A stretch of DNA of 61,964 nucleotides, filler included, from Perkinsus olseni (taxonomy: Eukaryota): the NCBI GenBank assembly GCA_013115125.1. It is 11 parts of 11 records of this genome, joined end to end, with 100 filler letters (N's around TTAATTAATTAA, not from the genome) between each part and the next. Parts side by side here need not be neighbours in the genome. Positions count along the whole stretch, not along the records: positions 11,458 to 17,065 come from JABANN010001177.1; positions 17,166 to 22,759 come from JABANN010001178.1; positions 22,860 to 28,406 come from JABANN010001179.1; 8 more parts are not named here. One strand, given 5' to 3'. The notes under the pieces are model-generated. The model was not told the origin of the DNA, searched no databases, and saw nothing but the letters and a program-made list of their open reading frames with translations. A program made the position numbers and the translations under genes. How positions within the stretch are numbered: the stretch's first letter is position 1; every line of letters starts with the position of its first letter. Below, one piece after another: positions 13,454 through 25,667 of this stretch.

Positions 13454-15260
13454 TCAGAGAACTTCTTTCGGCAATATGTACCTAGAACTCAGTCGAAGGA
13501 CAGGACGCGGACAGGTCGAGTTACAGTAGAGCCAGCCTGAGGGCTCCTCGGGGTAGTTAATCACACCGTCCGTGATGACTATACCATTCCGGTCCATGTC
13601 ATCCTTAGTAAGATACTCTACATTAGGGACCTCCACGAAGCTGAACAACATCGACATCGATGCTTCGGTGACGATGGTCAGAGAAGGAAACCTTTACTGT
13701 GATTTCGTAGAGACCTCCTCGCCGAGGCGGCGAGTCGGAACTTGTATGCCCTCCTTCTCGCAGAAGGCATGCATCGCAATCCGCTGAGTGTGGTAGTCAT
13801 GCCTTAGGTGATCACGGATCTCGACAAATCCCTTAAGGCCACGCTTGCATAGACGGCACCAGTACCTGCGGAGCAGAGCAAGTTGTTGAGGCTCAACCGG
13901 TGAGCAAGCGTTGCTACAAACGCCTCACTTTTAACATGGAAATTTCGAACTCTCACAATCTGATAGTTTTCGTTGTTAAACTGTGAGGGGCGCCGAATGA
14001 GTCAACCTAATCGACTGTCCCCTGATAGGTATTCATACAAGCTACCGAATCACATAGAAGTAGGCATCTGCCTTAGTCGTGCTACATGGACCCCAGGCAG
14101 TCTGCACATATACTGCATGGCACGGCAACCGCAACATTCAATGAGCCGCCCCTCACACCCATGGAAGCCGCCCCAGCCTAGCTCACTTGTGTGCAATCGC
14201 CTCTCCGTTGTAAGGCCGTAGCTTGAGAAAGATTTGATGGCTCTTTATGAGATCCAGTCGCCTGCGATACTCCTCTCCTCAATGTGGCAAGAAGCACGAC
14301 TCACCGGTTGAACTCCGCGCACATGTCCAGCTGCTCCCGATAGTAACCCTTCCTCCACTTATGCTGATGCCCTCTGAGATGGGTCAATGAAAACTTGATC
14401 ATCTTCCCAGGAGGGCACTGCTTATTCTGGTCGCAGAACACGCAGTAGAGACGCGAGGAGGACCCGAACTCAACTGAGGGGAGACAATCGGCGGCAGCGG
14501 CCCCCCCAACGGCCCTACTCAGCCCCGTCTCATTCTCGTCCATCGGCGCTCCGAGGAAGTCGATTCGAGCCTGCTGGACGGGTGCCAAGAAGCTCTCAGC
14601 GTCGTCGTCGAAGAACATATGCGAGAGCGGTGAAGTCGCCAACACGTAGTTGATCTTGCTTTCACTCCGGTCACCAAGCTCGGCAAACCGCCTGAGGGAA
14701 AACTGTCGTTTCGAGAGAAGGAACCGAATGGCCCACCTCCGCCGTTCTTCCGTCGACAAAGCCGAGCTCACAAGAGGTCGCTCCGCAGAGGGAGGCACGG
14801 CGACCTCATAGATTCTCCCCTCCGCTGCGCTGGGCCATGCGACGCTCTCGCTGGGCTGAAAATCCTCTTGCCACTGCTCTCCTTGCCACTGCCAGCGACC
14901 GTCGCCTCTTCTTCCTCGGCTCTTGCTGCGACTCCTCCTTCCCCTCCAACCATACGCCCGCTCTCCATTGTGGTCCCCATTCACTTCGCCCCAGCTCCAC
15001 GCCGGTCCGCTATCATCATCGCGCCATGCTCCTCTGTTGTCATACCTTCTTCCCACTCGCAATTCCACAGATCGCTGACTCGGCGGGTGCCAGTTGTTAG
15101 CGTAACCCCATCGATCACAGCTGGCAGTGGTCGTAACGGGTGTCATCTCCACAGGGATGATAGACGAATTAGAGGCCAGGGGTTGATGCCCTGACGGCTG
15201 ACTACCCTCAAAAGAGAAGCCGTGGCAAGACCGACCCCTTGCCCCGGTTGGAGAGCCCAC
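13454..15260 (-). CDS. Multi-exon protein with an Arg/Gly-rich region and two U1/matrin-like C2H2 zinc fingers; boundaries approximate
   Basis: LYCVFC...LTHLRGHQH in ORF 14301-15260, and YWCRLCKRG...RDHLRHDYH read on the minus strand at about 13790-13865 after a CAG acceptor. Confidence 0.6.
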
Positions 15261-15791
15261 GGGAGGTCCTGACGGTGTGATGACACCTACTTCATTCAGC
15301 TCGGCGGACGAACTCGAGGGACTGACAAATACAAAAGTTTTGGACTGCGATGGATCTCCGGCGGGAAAGATTCTGGACCGCAGATGAACTTCTTAGAACA
15401 GTGGTGACTCATTTCCGGTAGAAGGATCCACCCCTGGCCTACTCACTAAGTCTCGGCCGTCCCTCTTGCCACCCATTCGCTGTTGCAGCAACTGTAACTG
15501 ACACTGAGGATGATTAATAATACTTCAGTAAACACACTGTGACTATACTTTCTGATCTGGGCTGCACCATAGAGCCTTCCTGAACTCCACTCCGCGGTGG
15601 AGCTTCCTCTTCACCAAGTAGGAGATCCGAGGGAGCGCAGTACATCAACCAACAAGCTGATCTCACCAGCAGGCACTCCACTCGACAAGGCAAACGAATA
15701 ATAGCGTCGAGTAACTATACCATCTTTCGCGTGGTCAGAAACAATCGCTAAGGGTACACCTGCATTCACGATGCGATAGTTGTAATTATAA

Positions 15792-16975
15792 TCAATTAGC
15801 AATGCCAAGCCACAGGCCAATACCCATTGCCAGGAACCCTCCCAGGCAGAGACCTGATAACAGTGCGAACCGCTCCTCCTTGCACACATATGTCCGTCCG
15901 AAAAAACCCCAGAAACCGCTGGCATCGAGTGCATGACTAAGAACTCGATCCTAACGCCCCTCGGCTGATCCCTGGGAGGAGCAGCAATCCCTCTTCCGCG
16001 AGAGGAATAGACGGTCGTATCAAACTGAATGACAAGCGCAATAAATATCCTCACCTAAATTCAAAGACACCGCGGAGAAGCGGCCCGTAGCCTTCAGCTC
16101 ATCCGCAGTGAGCCCTGGGATCTCATTAACGGTGATGAGAGTGAGACTGACTGAGTAGCCATTAGCCAGACCGAAGACGAAGATAGCAGATAGCGAGGCC
16201 CAGTCGCTGGAGATAGACCCCGTTGCACAAGATATGAGGATGGGGACGAGCAGGGCACCTGGGGGTGGACAGATAAGGCGATAAGCAGGGAAGCGGCTCA
16301 ACACGTAAATTTTTCTCAATGTTAATTTTCGCTGATGGGGGGAGCTGAGGTAGACGACCATATATCTATGGCACTCAATAGGAACACACTAGACCATCCA
16401 AGGGATTAACGCGTGCTACAACGGTGAAGAGCCAAAACGAGCACCGACGACCACCGGCAAAGACGGAGAAAACGTGCCTGGTCACCATTGAGGATCTCGC
16501 ACGAAGAAGGCCGTTGCCCTACACACCCTCGTCGACCAGCGCTTCGATAATCGCTAAGACTAGCTTACGGAAGACAAGTGTCATCCAAATATTGGAGTAT
16601 CCAAGAGGTCCTCGGAAGCGGACCGAGAAGCGTCCAATAACATCGGCTGTGGTGAAGGCAGTGAGGAGGATAGTCTGGAACCAGTGGTCCTCATCAAGGG
16701 ATGTGAAAGTGACGCACGGAATGGCTGTGACGACCTGAGGATACAGGAACAGCAAAGGGCCCCATCAGAGAGGGAAGTATCAACTAAGGGACTCCAAAAT
16801 CCAAGCTCCTGGGACAGATGCCAGCCAGTAGGGTAAGGGCTTCCCTATACTCACCGCGGGATAGCAGGTGAGAGTTATTATTAATTGAGCGAAGATGACC
16901 GCCTCGTGAAACCAAACCTTACTGAAGACGTCGGCTATGTGGAGGGAATGATGCGGAGGGTGATCCGAGGGACCT
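15792..16975 (-). CDS. Equilibrative nucleoside transporter, C-terminal exons, 5' truncated
   Basis: ITLTCYP, FTTADVIGR, FGLANGYSVSL and a final exon GLCLGGFLAMGIG-stop match ENT transmembrane helices 7-11. Confidence 0.85.
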
Positions 16976-17165
16976 GAGGAAACCTGGAGTAGTACTACAC
17001 CTTTTCCCGAGCAAATAAAATGTTTTTTCGTTTGATTTAAAAGGGCCTGGAAAACCGAAGTTTGTNNNNNNNNNNNNNNNNNNNNNNNNNNNNNNNNNNN
17101 NNNNNNNNNTTAATTAATTAANNNNNNNNNNNNNNNNNNNNNNNNNNNNNNNNNNNNNNNNNNNN

Positions 17166-17286
17166 GAGTATGATCGATAAACTTATTCCTCTTCTCAGGG
17201 GCCTTGTCACTAGCATAAGCGTTAGGGCAAGTGAAAGCTTGAGGGACGGGAGTCATACCCTTGAAGAATGGAACGGGGAAGGGCAT
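17166..17286 (-). CDS. 5' fragment of an unknown gene (MPFPVPFFKGMTPVPQAFTCPNAY...)
   Basis: ATG at 17286 follows an AT-rich leader and the frame stays open to the contig edge. Confidence 0.35.
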
Positions 17287-17957
17287 TCTGTAGTGAAGTT
17301 GATTAATAACTATAAAACCTAAAGAGACGAAGTCATGGATACACGTGTACGACTCAACCGATTAGATATGAGAAGAAGAAGCCAATGAGATGCCGCGATC
17401 GGTATGAACGCTTCTGCTAGCGTCGTCAAGCTAAGCCCGAAAAGCCAGAGACAGAAGTTGTGTGTCCGCGCGGCTTCACGTCAAATCTTCGACACTTCGA
17501 AGACACCGTATCATCATTACTGTCATCTCTGACAATGGTTCCGAAATCAAATGAACCAGCGGGGCCACCAATGCTGCTCACTGTATGGTTAGGGCCAGGC
17601 TTCCAATTAACATAGGCCTTCGAAAGTGGCGGACCGAGACGCATGCAGACTGAGGGGTTGTCAGGAGGACCTCGTTTGGAAGGCCGAAGTCGTCGGAAGT
17701 CCTACTCTGCGACAGTCCGTATTTCCATTAAAACGTTACGTTACGGCATTAGATGCGAAGTCCTCACTGATGACGTAGTGGACAAGCGCTCTGCGAAGTC
17801 GCTTTTGGAAGTTGAACTCGACACGCGATGAGACTTTTGAGAAACTCAAGTTCTGTTCATTGCTGTAATACTCTCATTGTAGAACCGGAAGTCGCATGAA
17901 CCGCAGAAGATCAATGAACCATTCGTTGAAAAGCATCCAACATAGTCCCGGCCATAG

Positions 17958-19073
17958 CTATGAGAGGTAAGGATAGCAGATAGCTATCCTGTTCGTGTTA
18001 CCAGCGAACCCTCGCTTCAGGGAACGGGCCAAGAGTCGATAGATTGTGTCATACTCATCACATACTGCGTCATAAGCACCGCAGCCAACGTCCTCCCAAT
18101 CTGGACCTCTGCGCTTGAGAAAGTAATCACATACATGATAAGTGGACTCGCCGTTACGGAAAATAATGAGATTACTCCCGCGAATGGTACATTGGTAGGA
18201 CCCATTGCCTAGGCCACGACACAGAAGGTGATCAGACCGGAATGATGGAAAAGGCCCGCCCCGTGTCAAAGATACCCTCGTCACTCGATACCAGTTATCA
18301 TCGAGGTAGACGATATCGATGGACTGCTCTTCTGGCACTGCGAAGAGGTCCAAAAACTTCCTCCTCTCCCAGAACTTTCGTCCAAACCGTCTATCTCTGG
18401 TCTGCCTACCCCGAGACCGCTTAAACCTAGGATATGAGAAAGCATAAGACCAAGCTGGAAGTGCTTTGAGGGTCGCCGCAGACCAGTCCAGGTTGATGAA
18501 TCGGAGCTCACCGTAGGCATTCTCGCGGACGAAGGCGACGTAAGCGCAGTCCCCAACAACCAAGAGCTTCTGACTGAAGTGGCCTCCGTTGGAATATTTC
18601 GGAATGCAGTCGACCCTCCACGTCTTCAGTAGTATCATTTGCCGTAGGTCGTAGATGTTGAGCTTCACACCTTCATCATCGTCACTGATAATAGCGAGAC
18701 GGCGAGTCTTCCCGTCGTAGTGCATGCTCCTACAGCAATGTTGCATGTCGATAGTCACCGGTGTCTCCAGAGAAGAGCCCAAGAGCTCGGTCAACCACGC
18801 GTGGTCACCTGCATAGCTCGAGTCATTCAGATCGTACATCTTTCCGTCATCCACAATGAGGCAACTAGTTTCATTTGGGATTAGTATTTCTTCCTTCAGG
18901 CAATCCAGACATATAGCCGGTTTGCCTAGGAAGCTCATAACCATTGCCTTAGCATTCACCGTGATACCAGAATCGTTGCCTTTGCCCAAGCGCCGCTCCA
19001 GAGACCTACAGTACAGAGCCAACACGCGCCTGGGGTAGAGCATGGGGAGAAAACAACCTGATACGAGACTCAT
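17958..19073 (-). CDS. Lineage-specific family A protein, copy 1 (intronless, beta-strand-rich, possibly a propeller)
   Basis: 371-aa ORF and clear paralog of 20786-21928. Confidence 0.75.
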   Translation of the reverse strand: MSLVSGCFLPMLYPRRVLALYCRSLERRLGKGNDSGITVNAKAMVMSFLGKPAICLDCLKEEILIPNETSCLIVDDGKMYDLNDSSYAGDHAWLTELLGSSLETPVTIDMQHCCRSMHYDGKTRRLAIISDDDEGVKLNIYDLRQMILLKTWRVDCIPKYSNGGHFSQKLLVVGDCAYVAFVRENAYGELRFINLDWSAATLKALPAWSYAFSYPRFKRSRGRQTRDRRFGRKFWERRKFLDLFAVPEEQSIDIVYLDDNWYRVTRVSLTRGGPFPSFRSDHLLCRGLGNGSYQCTIRGSNLIIFRNGESTYHVCDYFLKRRGPDWEDVGCGAYDAVCDEYDTIYRLLARSLKRGFAGNTNRIAICYPYLS

Positions 19074-19378
19074 CTCGGTATCAAGCTAAGTCTGCCCAGC
19101 GACGCTGCACGTGGGTCCAGCGTCGAATATCAGTAGCGACTTGCATTTCCGCTCTCGCTATGACTAAAGTTCTCGAAGTGGTGTAACGTATATTTTTCCA
19201 CGGCGAGGCCACGACACTGCTATTCTTGAACCAACGAAAGCATTTAAGATCTTCGACGTGGTCACAACTAAAACGCAACAGTCTCAGAGCTCAGAGAGTC
19301 TCTGCCTCATAACTGAAACATTCGGTAGCCCCTCCTTTAGGGCGTTAAGAGGGGTCACAATGAAAATCGTTAAGAGTG

Positions 19379-20560
19379 TCATGCCTGCCCTAGGAATCCG
19401 AGCCTGAGCTTACATAGCTTCGCAACTTTGTCATCAAGCTGTATCACAAAAAGGACCCCACGACTGTCCACGGCCACATCACCCCATGGCCTGAAACTGA
19501 CCCTCATCGGAGAACTCTTAGGCATACCCCAGTGATCGGCCAACAAGTACTTCCGCTCTCTCCCACGGGCAGCACCAAACTCCGTTCGATCTGTTATTGG
19601 TGGATAGTACTCGACGAGAAACAGCTTGCTTCCTCCGATAGGCTGGGGTTCGGCGAAATCCAGAAACCCGGTAACACGTTCTGCAGTTTGAGCAACTTGT
19701 TTGGTATCATGGGTGAAGAAGGCTTGCGACCGTGGGTGGGATATCCTTTCTAACCGCAGTAACATGCAGGCACCATCCAGTACGTACGCAACTTCCACCG
19801 CGATTTCATCAGATGCTTTGTTCTCGCACAGAGCAGGAAAAACACTCCCGATGATACACTGAGTGCTCTCGCGAACCCATATCGATCTGAGGTGAACCGC
19901 GTCCACTCCCTGCTCCAGTACAGTCACGAGGATCTCAGAAACCTGGATATAACCACGTCCGATTATACCGAAGAAGACATAGTCTCCAACGGCCGCCATC
20001 CCTTTTAATGTCGCGCTAGTAGTTTGAACGCTAAGAAGGCCGAGCGTGTACCACTCGCCCGCAGGTCTCATTCGTTGGAGATCGTATACCAAAATCTTGC
20101 TGTCCCATCGGTCCCAATCACGACCTTTCCCAAGAAGTATGACAAGCCGATCGCCCGAGCCATCATGGTGTACCAGTTGAAGATGCGTAGTCTTGGTTGC
20201 GATCACATGAGGGTCAGACAATGAAGGCAGGGTGCTGAGTACAAGATTTTCCTCCTCCTCGAAGACACCTCTGAGCACGCCCTCGTGGAAAAAGATAAAC
20301 ACCGGTTTTCTAGATAGCTCAACTTCCTCCGAGCAGAAGGCCAGCGAGTTGGAGACATCATCTAGGAAGGCTGTGATCTCCATCAGGACGTCGGCAACCA
20401 AGTCGCAGGACGCATGCTCCCTCCACATGATGGATACATACTGGCACCGCATGGCCACCATAGTGCGCAGAGGAGGTACGCTGACATGCATGTGGAGGAG
20501 AGACCAATGCAACCTGATAGTGGCGGTGGGCCACTTCGGGTGGCCACAATCCAGGAGCAT
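19379..20560 (-). CDS. Lineage-specific family B protein, copy 1; true start uncertain
   Basis: 393-aa ORF whose C-terminus (GDVAVDSRGVL...KLCKLRLGFL) is paralogous to 22168-22759. Confidence 0.7.
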   Translation of the reverse strand: MLLDCGHPKWPTATIRLHWSLLHMHVSVPPLRTMVAMRCQYVSIMWREHASCDLVADVLMEITAFLDDVSNSLAFCSEEVELSRKPVFIFFHEGVLRGVFEEEENLVLSTLPSLSDPHVIATKTTHLQLVHHDGSGDRLVILLGKGRDWDRWDSKILVYDLQRMRPAGEWYTLGLLSVQTTSATLKGMAAVGDYVFFGIIGRGYIQVSEILVTVLEQGVDAVHLRSIWVRESTQCIIGSVFPALCENKASDEIAVEVAYVLDGACMLLRLERISHPRSQAFFTHDTKQVAQTAERVTGFLDFAEPQPIGGSKLFLVEYYPPITDRTEFGAARGRERKYLLADHWGMPKSSPMRVSFRPWGDVAVDSRGVLFVIQLDDKVAKLCKLRLGFLGQA

Positions 20561-20785
20561 TGCGGATATGACGCACTGCGGTTGAGTTCAAGGCAAGGAG
20601 GGGCGGACGAGGGCGAAACGTTTAGCCTTTATCGATAAAACTTGAACTCGACACGCAACGAGCCTTTTGAGCACCACATGTTCCGTTCCTTGGTGTAACA
20701 CTATCATCAAAGGACCGCAGCCGTGTGCGTGAAAGAAAAAACCAGTCACTCGTTTAGAACGGCTTCATCATATTCCCCACCTGGT

Positions 20786-21928
20786 TTATGAAAAGTATGG
20801 ATAGTAGATAGCTATCCGATTCCCAATAGTATGCAACCGATGACCCGGGAGACGGCGCGAGTGTCGATAGATCTTGTCACACCCATCACATGTTGCACCA
20901 TACTCGTAGCAATCATAATCCTCCCAATCTGGACCTCTACGTCTAAGAAGATAGGTACACACATGATAACTGGACCGGGTCCCGATACATACATTGATCT
21001 CAGTCCGGTTACTAGACTCGCCGCTACGGAAAATAATGAGATTACTCCCGCGAATGGTACAGTGATAGGACCCATTCCCTAGGCCACGGCACAGAAGGTG
21101 ATCTAAACGGAACGAAGGGAATGGCCCGCCGCGGATCTGAGATACCCTTGTCACTCGGTAGGAGTTATCATCGAGGTAGACGATATCGATTGACCGCTTT
21201 TCTGGGACTGCGAAGATGTCCAAAAACTTTCGCCTCTCCCAGAACTCGTGCCGGACCCTCTTACTCCGAGCCAATTTATCCCTAGACCGACGGTCTTGGG
21301 GATACGAGAAAGCATAGGACCAAGCTGGGAGCGCTTTGAGGATCGCCGCAGACTTGTCCAGGTTGATAAATCGGAGCTCACCGTAGGCATTCTCCCGGAC
21401 GAAGGCGACGTAAGCGCAGTCCCCAACGACCAAGAGCTTCTGACTGAAGTGGCCTTCGTCGGAATATTTTGGAATGCAGTCGACCCTCCACGTCTTCAGT
21501 AGTATCATTTGCCGTAGGTCGTAGATGTTGAGCTTCACACCTTCATCATCATCACTGATGATAGCAAGCCGGCGAGTCTTCCCGTCATAGTGCATACTCC
21601 TCCAAGCATGAGGCATTTCAATTTTCACGGGTGGCTCCAGAGTAGGGACCAAGAGTCCCGTCAAGCACGTCAAACGCGCACGATCACGTGCATAGCTTGT
21701 GTCCTCTAGACCGTACAGCTTGCCGTCATCGAAAATGAGGTAGCTAGTATCAGTCGGGATCAGTACTTCTTCCTTGGGGCAATCCAGACCTATAACCGGC
21801 ACGCCCAGGAAGCTCACGACCATCTGCTTAACAGGTACCACAGCATCCAACTCGCCCCATCTATCCCATCGCCGCTCTAGAGATTGACAGTACAGAGCCA
21901 ATACCCGGTCGGGATACAACATGTGCAA
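20786..21928 (-). CDS. Lineage-specific family A protein, copy 2
   Basis: 380-aa ORF sharing long identical blocks with 17958-19073 (HYDGKTRRLAIISDDDEGVKLNIYDLRQM...). Confidence 0.75.
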   Translation of the reverse strand: MHMLYPDRVLALYCQSLERRWDRWGELDAVVPVKQMVVSFLGVPVIGLDCPKEEVLIPTDTSYLIFDDGKLYGLEDTSYARDRARLTCLTGLLVPTLEPPVKIEMPHAWRSMHYDGKTRRLAIISDDDEGVKLNIYDLRQMILLKTWRVDCIPKYSDEGHFSQKLLVVGDCAYVAFVRENAYGELRFINLDKSAAILKALPAWSYAFSYPQDRRSRDKLARSKRVRHEFWERRKFLDIFAVPEKRSIDIVYLDDNSYRVTRVSQIRGGPFPSFRLDHLLCRGLGNGSYHCTIRGSNLIIFRSGESSNRTEINVCIGTRSSYHVCTYLLRRRGPDWEDYDCYEYGATCDGCDKIYRHSRRLPGHRLHTIGNRIAIYYPYFS

Positions 21929-22167
21929 GAAACAACGCTTATTGGGAAGCGACGTAGCGACTTTGATTGAGAACTGCGGAAGACAGGCAGCCAGAGCGTC
22001 TAACTGACAGGGCTAGGTAAAATGTCACTCATAAAGTATCAAGCTCGTCGCGTAGTTGGACTCATGATGTAGCACATGGATGAGTTCACCCCCATGGCGG
22101 GCAAAGTGAGCGAAAGCTCTTCGGAATTACCTTAGCTCAACAAGCTCCCGTCATCACTATGAAAAGG

Positions 22168-22759
22168 TCATTCATCAGGCAGCAGAAACCCGAATCTCAG
22201 TCTACACAACTTAACAGTTTTGTCATCATGATAGTCTTGGTGTATGAGATGAAGGACTCCGCTACTGTCCACAGCCAGATCACCACGCGCGTGGCGATTA
22301 CACCACATAGGAGGGCTATAAGGGACACCCCAGGAATCCGTCAGTGAGAATTTCCGCTCCACCCGAGGTGGTAAATCCGTTCTAGGGATTACCCGTGTAT
22401 ATCCCACAAATAACAGTTTGCTTTCTGTGATGGACCTCGGATCACTATCATGTCACTCAGGAATAGCTTCTCCCTGCAAGACAGGTCGAGCAGCATCCAC
22501 GCTGAATAAAGTCTGTGATCGTGGGTGGGGTATTTGGCTGATCCGCAACAACCTGCTTTCATCATCCAACGTGTATGCAACTTCAACCGCCACTCGATCC
22601 TCTCCTTCCTCAACCGGAAAGATGGTCTCCATCATGCACCTTGGGTCTCGAGAATGCCAGATCGATTTGAGGTAGGCCACGTCCGTTGCGCGGTAGCGCG
22701 GGTTCGATACTATATTACTGTGACGCCGGGCGTGCGCGATACGCAACGGTTGTCCCTTT
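22168..22759 (-). pseudogene. Family B copy 2, 5' truncated, with an in-frame TGA at 22453-22455
   Basis: ORFs 22453-22746 and 22168-22407 share a frame and both align with 19379-20560. Confidence 0.65.
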
Positions 22760-22866
22760 NNNNNNNNNNNNNNNNNNNNNNNNNNNNNNNNNNNNNNNNN
22801 NNNTTAATTAATTAANNNNNNNNNNNNNNNNNNNNNNNNNNNNNNNNNNNNNNNNNNNNTGAGTAC

Positions 22867-22926
22867 TTTAGGGGCGGGTTGAGGAATTTAGGGGCGCAGC
22901 GAGAAATTTAGGGGCGGGCATGAGGA
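22867..22926. repeat. Three imperfect 20-bp direct repeats beginning TTTAGGGGCG
   Basis: Motif at 22867, 22887 and 22907. Confidence 0.7.
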
Positions 22927-24094
22927 AATGGCCCCGAAACGTATAGTGGAAGATGTGGCACGCGCGCGCCCAGATGATCGATTTGGATTATCGACACCTA
23001 ATAGACTTACTATTAGAGTATTACGAATTGACTATTACTAATATTAGGAAGCTAACGCACTGGTGCATCATGTGCGATGTGAGACGTGACATTCTCGCAA
23101 GGATTTCAAGGGAATTCAAGGGTGGAATTCGCTTCAATCTGGCGAGCGGAGCGAAGCGACATTTTCCCCCCCATTTCAACGGAAACCGAAATTTCAGGAA
23201 ATTTCCCCTGAAAACTGGCTGAAATTTCCGACGGCTCGGAAATTTCCTGGATGAGTACACCCATATAACTTATATAGATATGAGTCGGGCAAGTCTTGCC
23301 CGGCAAGACGTCGCACAATCAAAATGAGCCCTGTCTGGGACCACAGTATTGCGAGAATACAACATTTGAGTTAACCCAATGTACGGGTTTACAGTTTGAA
23401 GTTCAGGGAATACCAAATGGTCAAGATCCAACCGTTGGAATCCAACGAGAAACGTCTACCATCTAACTCTTTACAAACGTCACCTACACACCCAGCACTA
23501 CGCTCCAGCATCTGATGCTGATTGATTCAAACATATGTTTATGAAACTATATGAAACTATTCATGAAACTGATGTTTATGGTGCCACTCGCACCTGCACC
23601 GAAAGGGTCACCCTCTCGTTACGAGATCGTCACCCTTTCGGCGCAAAGCGAACCAGTCTCGCGAACGGTCCTCCGTTACTTCGTCAACCAGTAAGACCGC
23701 TCCCAGCGCCAACTTCTGACCGAGTTTCAGTATGTGCCGGTCATTCTGCCAAGTCTCAGGCGACCAACCGTTGGCCATCTGAGCTTTCGAGGACTGTCCC
23801 CAGATGCTTCAACGAACCCATCGATAATATCGGATCGATATCGATTCGATATCGTTGATCTTTCGGAAAGATTCTTTTTTGTTACGGCCTCTTGCGAAGC
23901 CGTGCGCGTCGAGTAACCACCGCGCTCCATCAAGCGTCTACGGGGTTCCCTGGCAGCCCGGTCTTCACCGACGGGGCTACTTCTGACGTAAGTACAAGGT
24001 GGCAGAGCGTGTTACACAAATTTTTTCTAACACGCTCTGCTATCTCGCCCAATAGCATCAGAAGTTCGAAGCCTAGTGTAGCCGTTCTCACTCG

Positions 24095-24325
24095 CAGTGA
24101 GTCACTCAAAGTGACTCACTGATCGCACTGATCGGGAGTGACTCACTCCCGATCAGTGCGATCAGTGACACATTAGTAATGCCTCACTGATCACATTACA
24201 CTTGATCCATTACGAGGAATCATCGTCCATTGTCCTCCATTGATTTTCCATTGATCCTCATAATGAGGGCCTCATTGATCCAACACGCGTCGATCACATC
24301 CGTAATGCCGCATTACGGATGTGAT
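24095..24325. repeat. Cluster of perfect inverted repeats (arms of 12, 26 and 16 bp)
   Basis: 24095-24121 (12-bp arms, 3-nt loop), 24116-24168 (26-bp arms, 1-nt loop), 24293-24325 (16-bp arms, 1-nt loop). Confidence 0.9.
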
Positions 24326-24887
24326 TGGCGTGTAATGGCCGAGTGAACTTTCCTGATACGGAAGACAGTCAATCTCATCCCCTGAGGGGATTCCCCTCCA
24401 GAGAACTGCTTGGAAGCTTGCGTTACAATTGACAATTGCCAATTGTCATGTTCAGGCTGAACAGTTCAGCACAGCGTAGACAAGCGAGCCTCCCCCTAAA
24501 ATGCTAACTCAGAATCGGACCGATTCAATCGGTAGTTACTTCCTAATTCAACGTAGGCTACGTTACGTAGCACAGCACGGATATCGGAGCCCTTTTGGAT
24601 CTCGGAAATCCGATCTCAGGGCCCCTGCGTATATAAACCGACGCGTAGAACCACAGACTTGACAAACACAGAAGGCAAGTGGGTGTAGCCAACGAGATAT
24701 AGGAAAATTTTGTTCGCTAGGCCTCACCCATGGTGATAGCCAAGATTTACTGAAGCTTACAAAATTTGGTAATGTACAGCACGGCTAGAGAAGGGCATGC
24801 CGAAAGTAGGCCCAACTGACTGCTGGAACGTACGCATACACAGTATACCGTCAGTGCGCGAGGATGATGACCATGCCAAGGCCGTCC

Positions 24888-25667
24888 TCAAAGCAAGTAC
24901 GGACCGTGTTCTGAACAGCCTAGCTCGCGACCTGGCGGCAATGGCTTCCCTTCATTCATGAGAAGTAGGTAGTCCCCTTCCAAAATTACATACATCGCGT
25001 CCTGAGCGGCAAAGAGCGCAAACTGGAAGTTGAAGTCTTCTTCTTTGCTGTCGACGGGGCAGACGTTTACCACCGATCTGCGAAACTCAGCCAACTTAGC
25101 AACCGAGCCCACCTCATACCCCTCGTCAGGAGCGAGCGGATTGAGCGGGACAAGTTCGAAGGTCCCACGGGCACTGTGACCCTCGCCACATTCAAAGTGT
25201 ATGTCGGTATGTTCCACAGAGTGAACGTTGTAAATTATCTCGCGACTGGTCGTAGAATTGTAATACCGGTATACACCCGGGACCAGCTCGCAACCGATCC
25301 TCCAGAAAATTAGCTCTTGACCTTGGAAGTAAGCAGTGAAGGCAGCGAAGTTTCTGCGGGTCAGGGTAGCCAGGTCGTCTGTCTGAATATCGGCTGTCGG
25401 CGAAATGCCAAGTATACGATCGTACCAAGAGAGCACTCCTTCGGACGGGCTTGTGTAGTCGTCAGGGCCTCCACTGAGTGGATATCGGGCGCTGACAAAA
25501 GGTGACCGCTCAGGCACCTCAAAACTCAAGACAACATATCCGTCCTTGTCGATGATGAAGGTCATACGGAAATTTTTCGCGTCGTGGACGAACGTGCCGA
25601 GAATGTTTTTAGCCGCAGGGGTGAAAAGGACTTCGGTGACTACCAGCCAAGTCGGGATGAGCTTCAT
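24888..25667 (-). CDS. Putative secreted lineage-specific protein, about 259 aa, intronless
   Basis: Hydrophobic N-terminus MKLIPTWLVVTEVLFTPAA, followed by two similar halves opening GTFVH and PGVYRY. Confidence 0.65.
   Translation of the reverse strand: MKLIPTWLVVTEVLFTPAAKNILGTFVHDAKNFRMTFIIDKDGYVVLSFEVPERSPFVSARYPLSGGPDDYTSPSEGVLSWYDRILGISPTADIQTDDLATLTRRNFAAFTAYFQGQELIFWRIGCELVPGVYRYYNSTTSREIIYNVHSVEHTDIHFECGEGHSARGTFELVPLNPLAPDEGYEVGSVAKLAEFRRSVVNVCPVDSKEEDFNFQFALFAAQDAMYVILEGDYLLLMNEGKPLPPGRELGCSEHGPYLL

Noticed and set aside
22867-22926. Telomere (TTTAGGG)
   Set aside because: Only three motifs, spaced 20 bp apart, not a contiguous telomeric tract.
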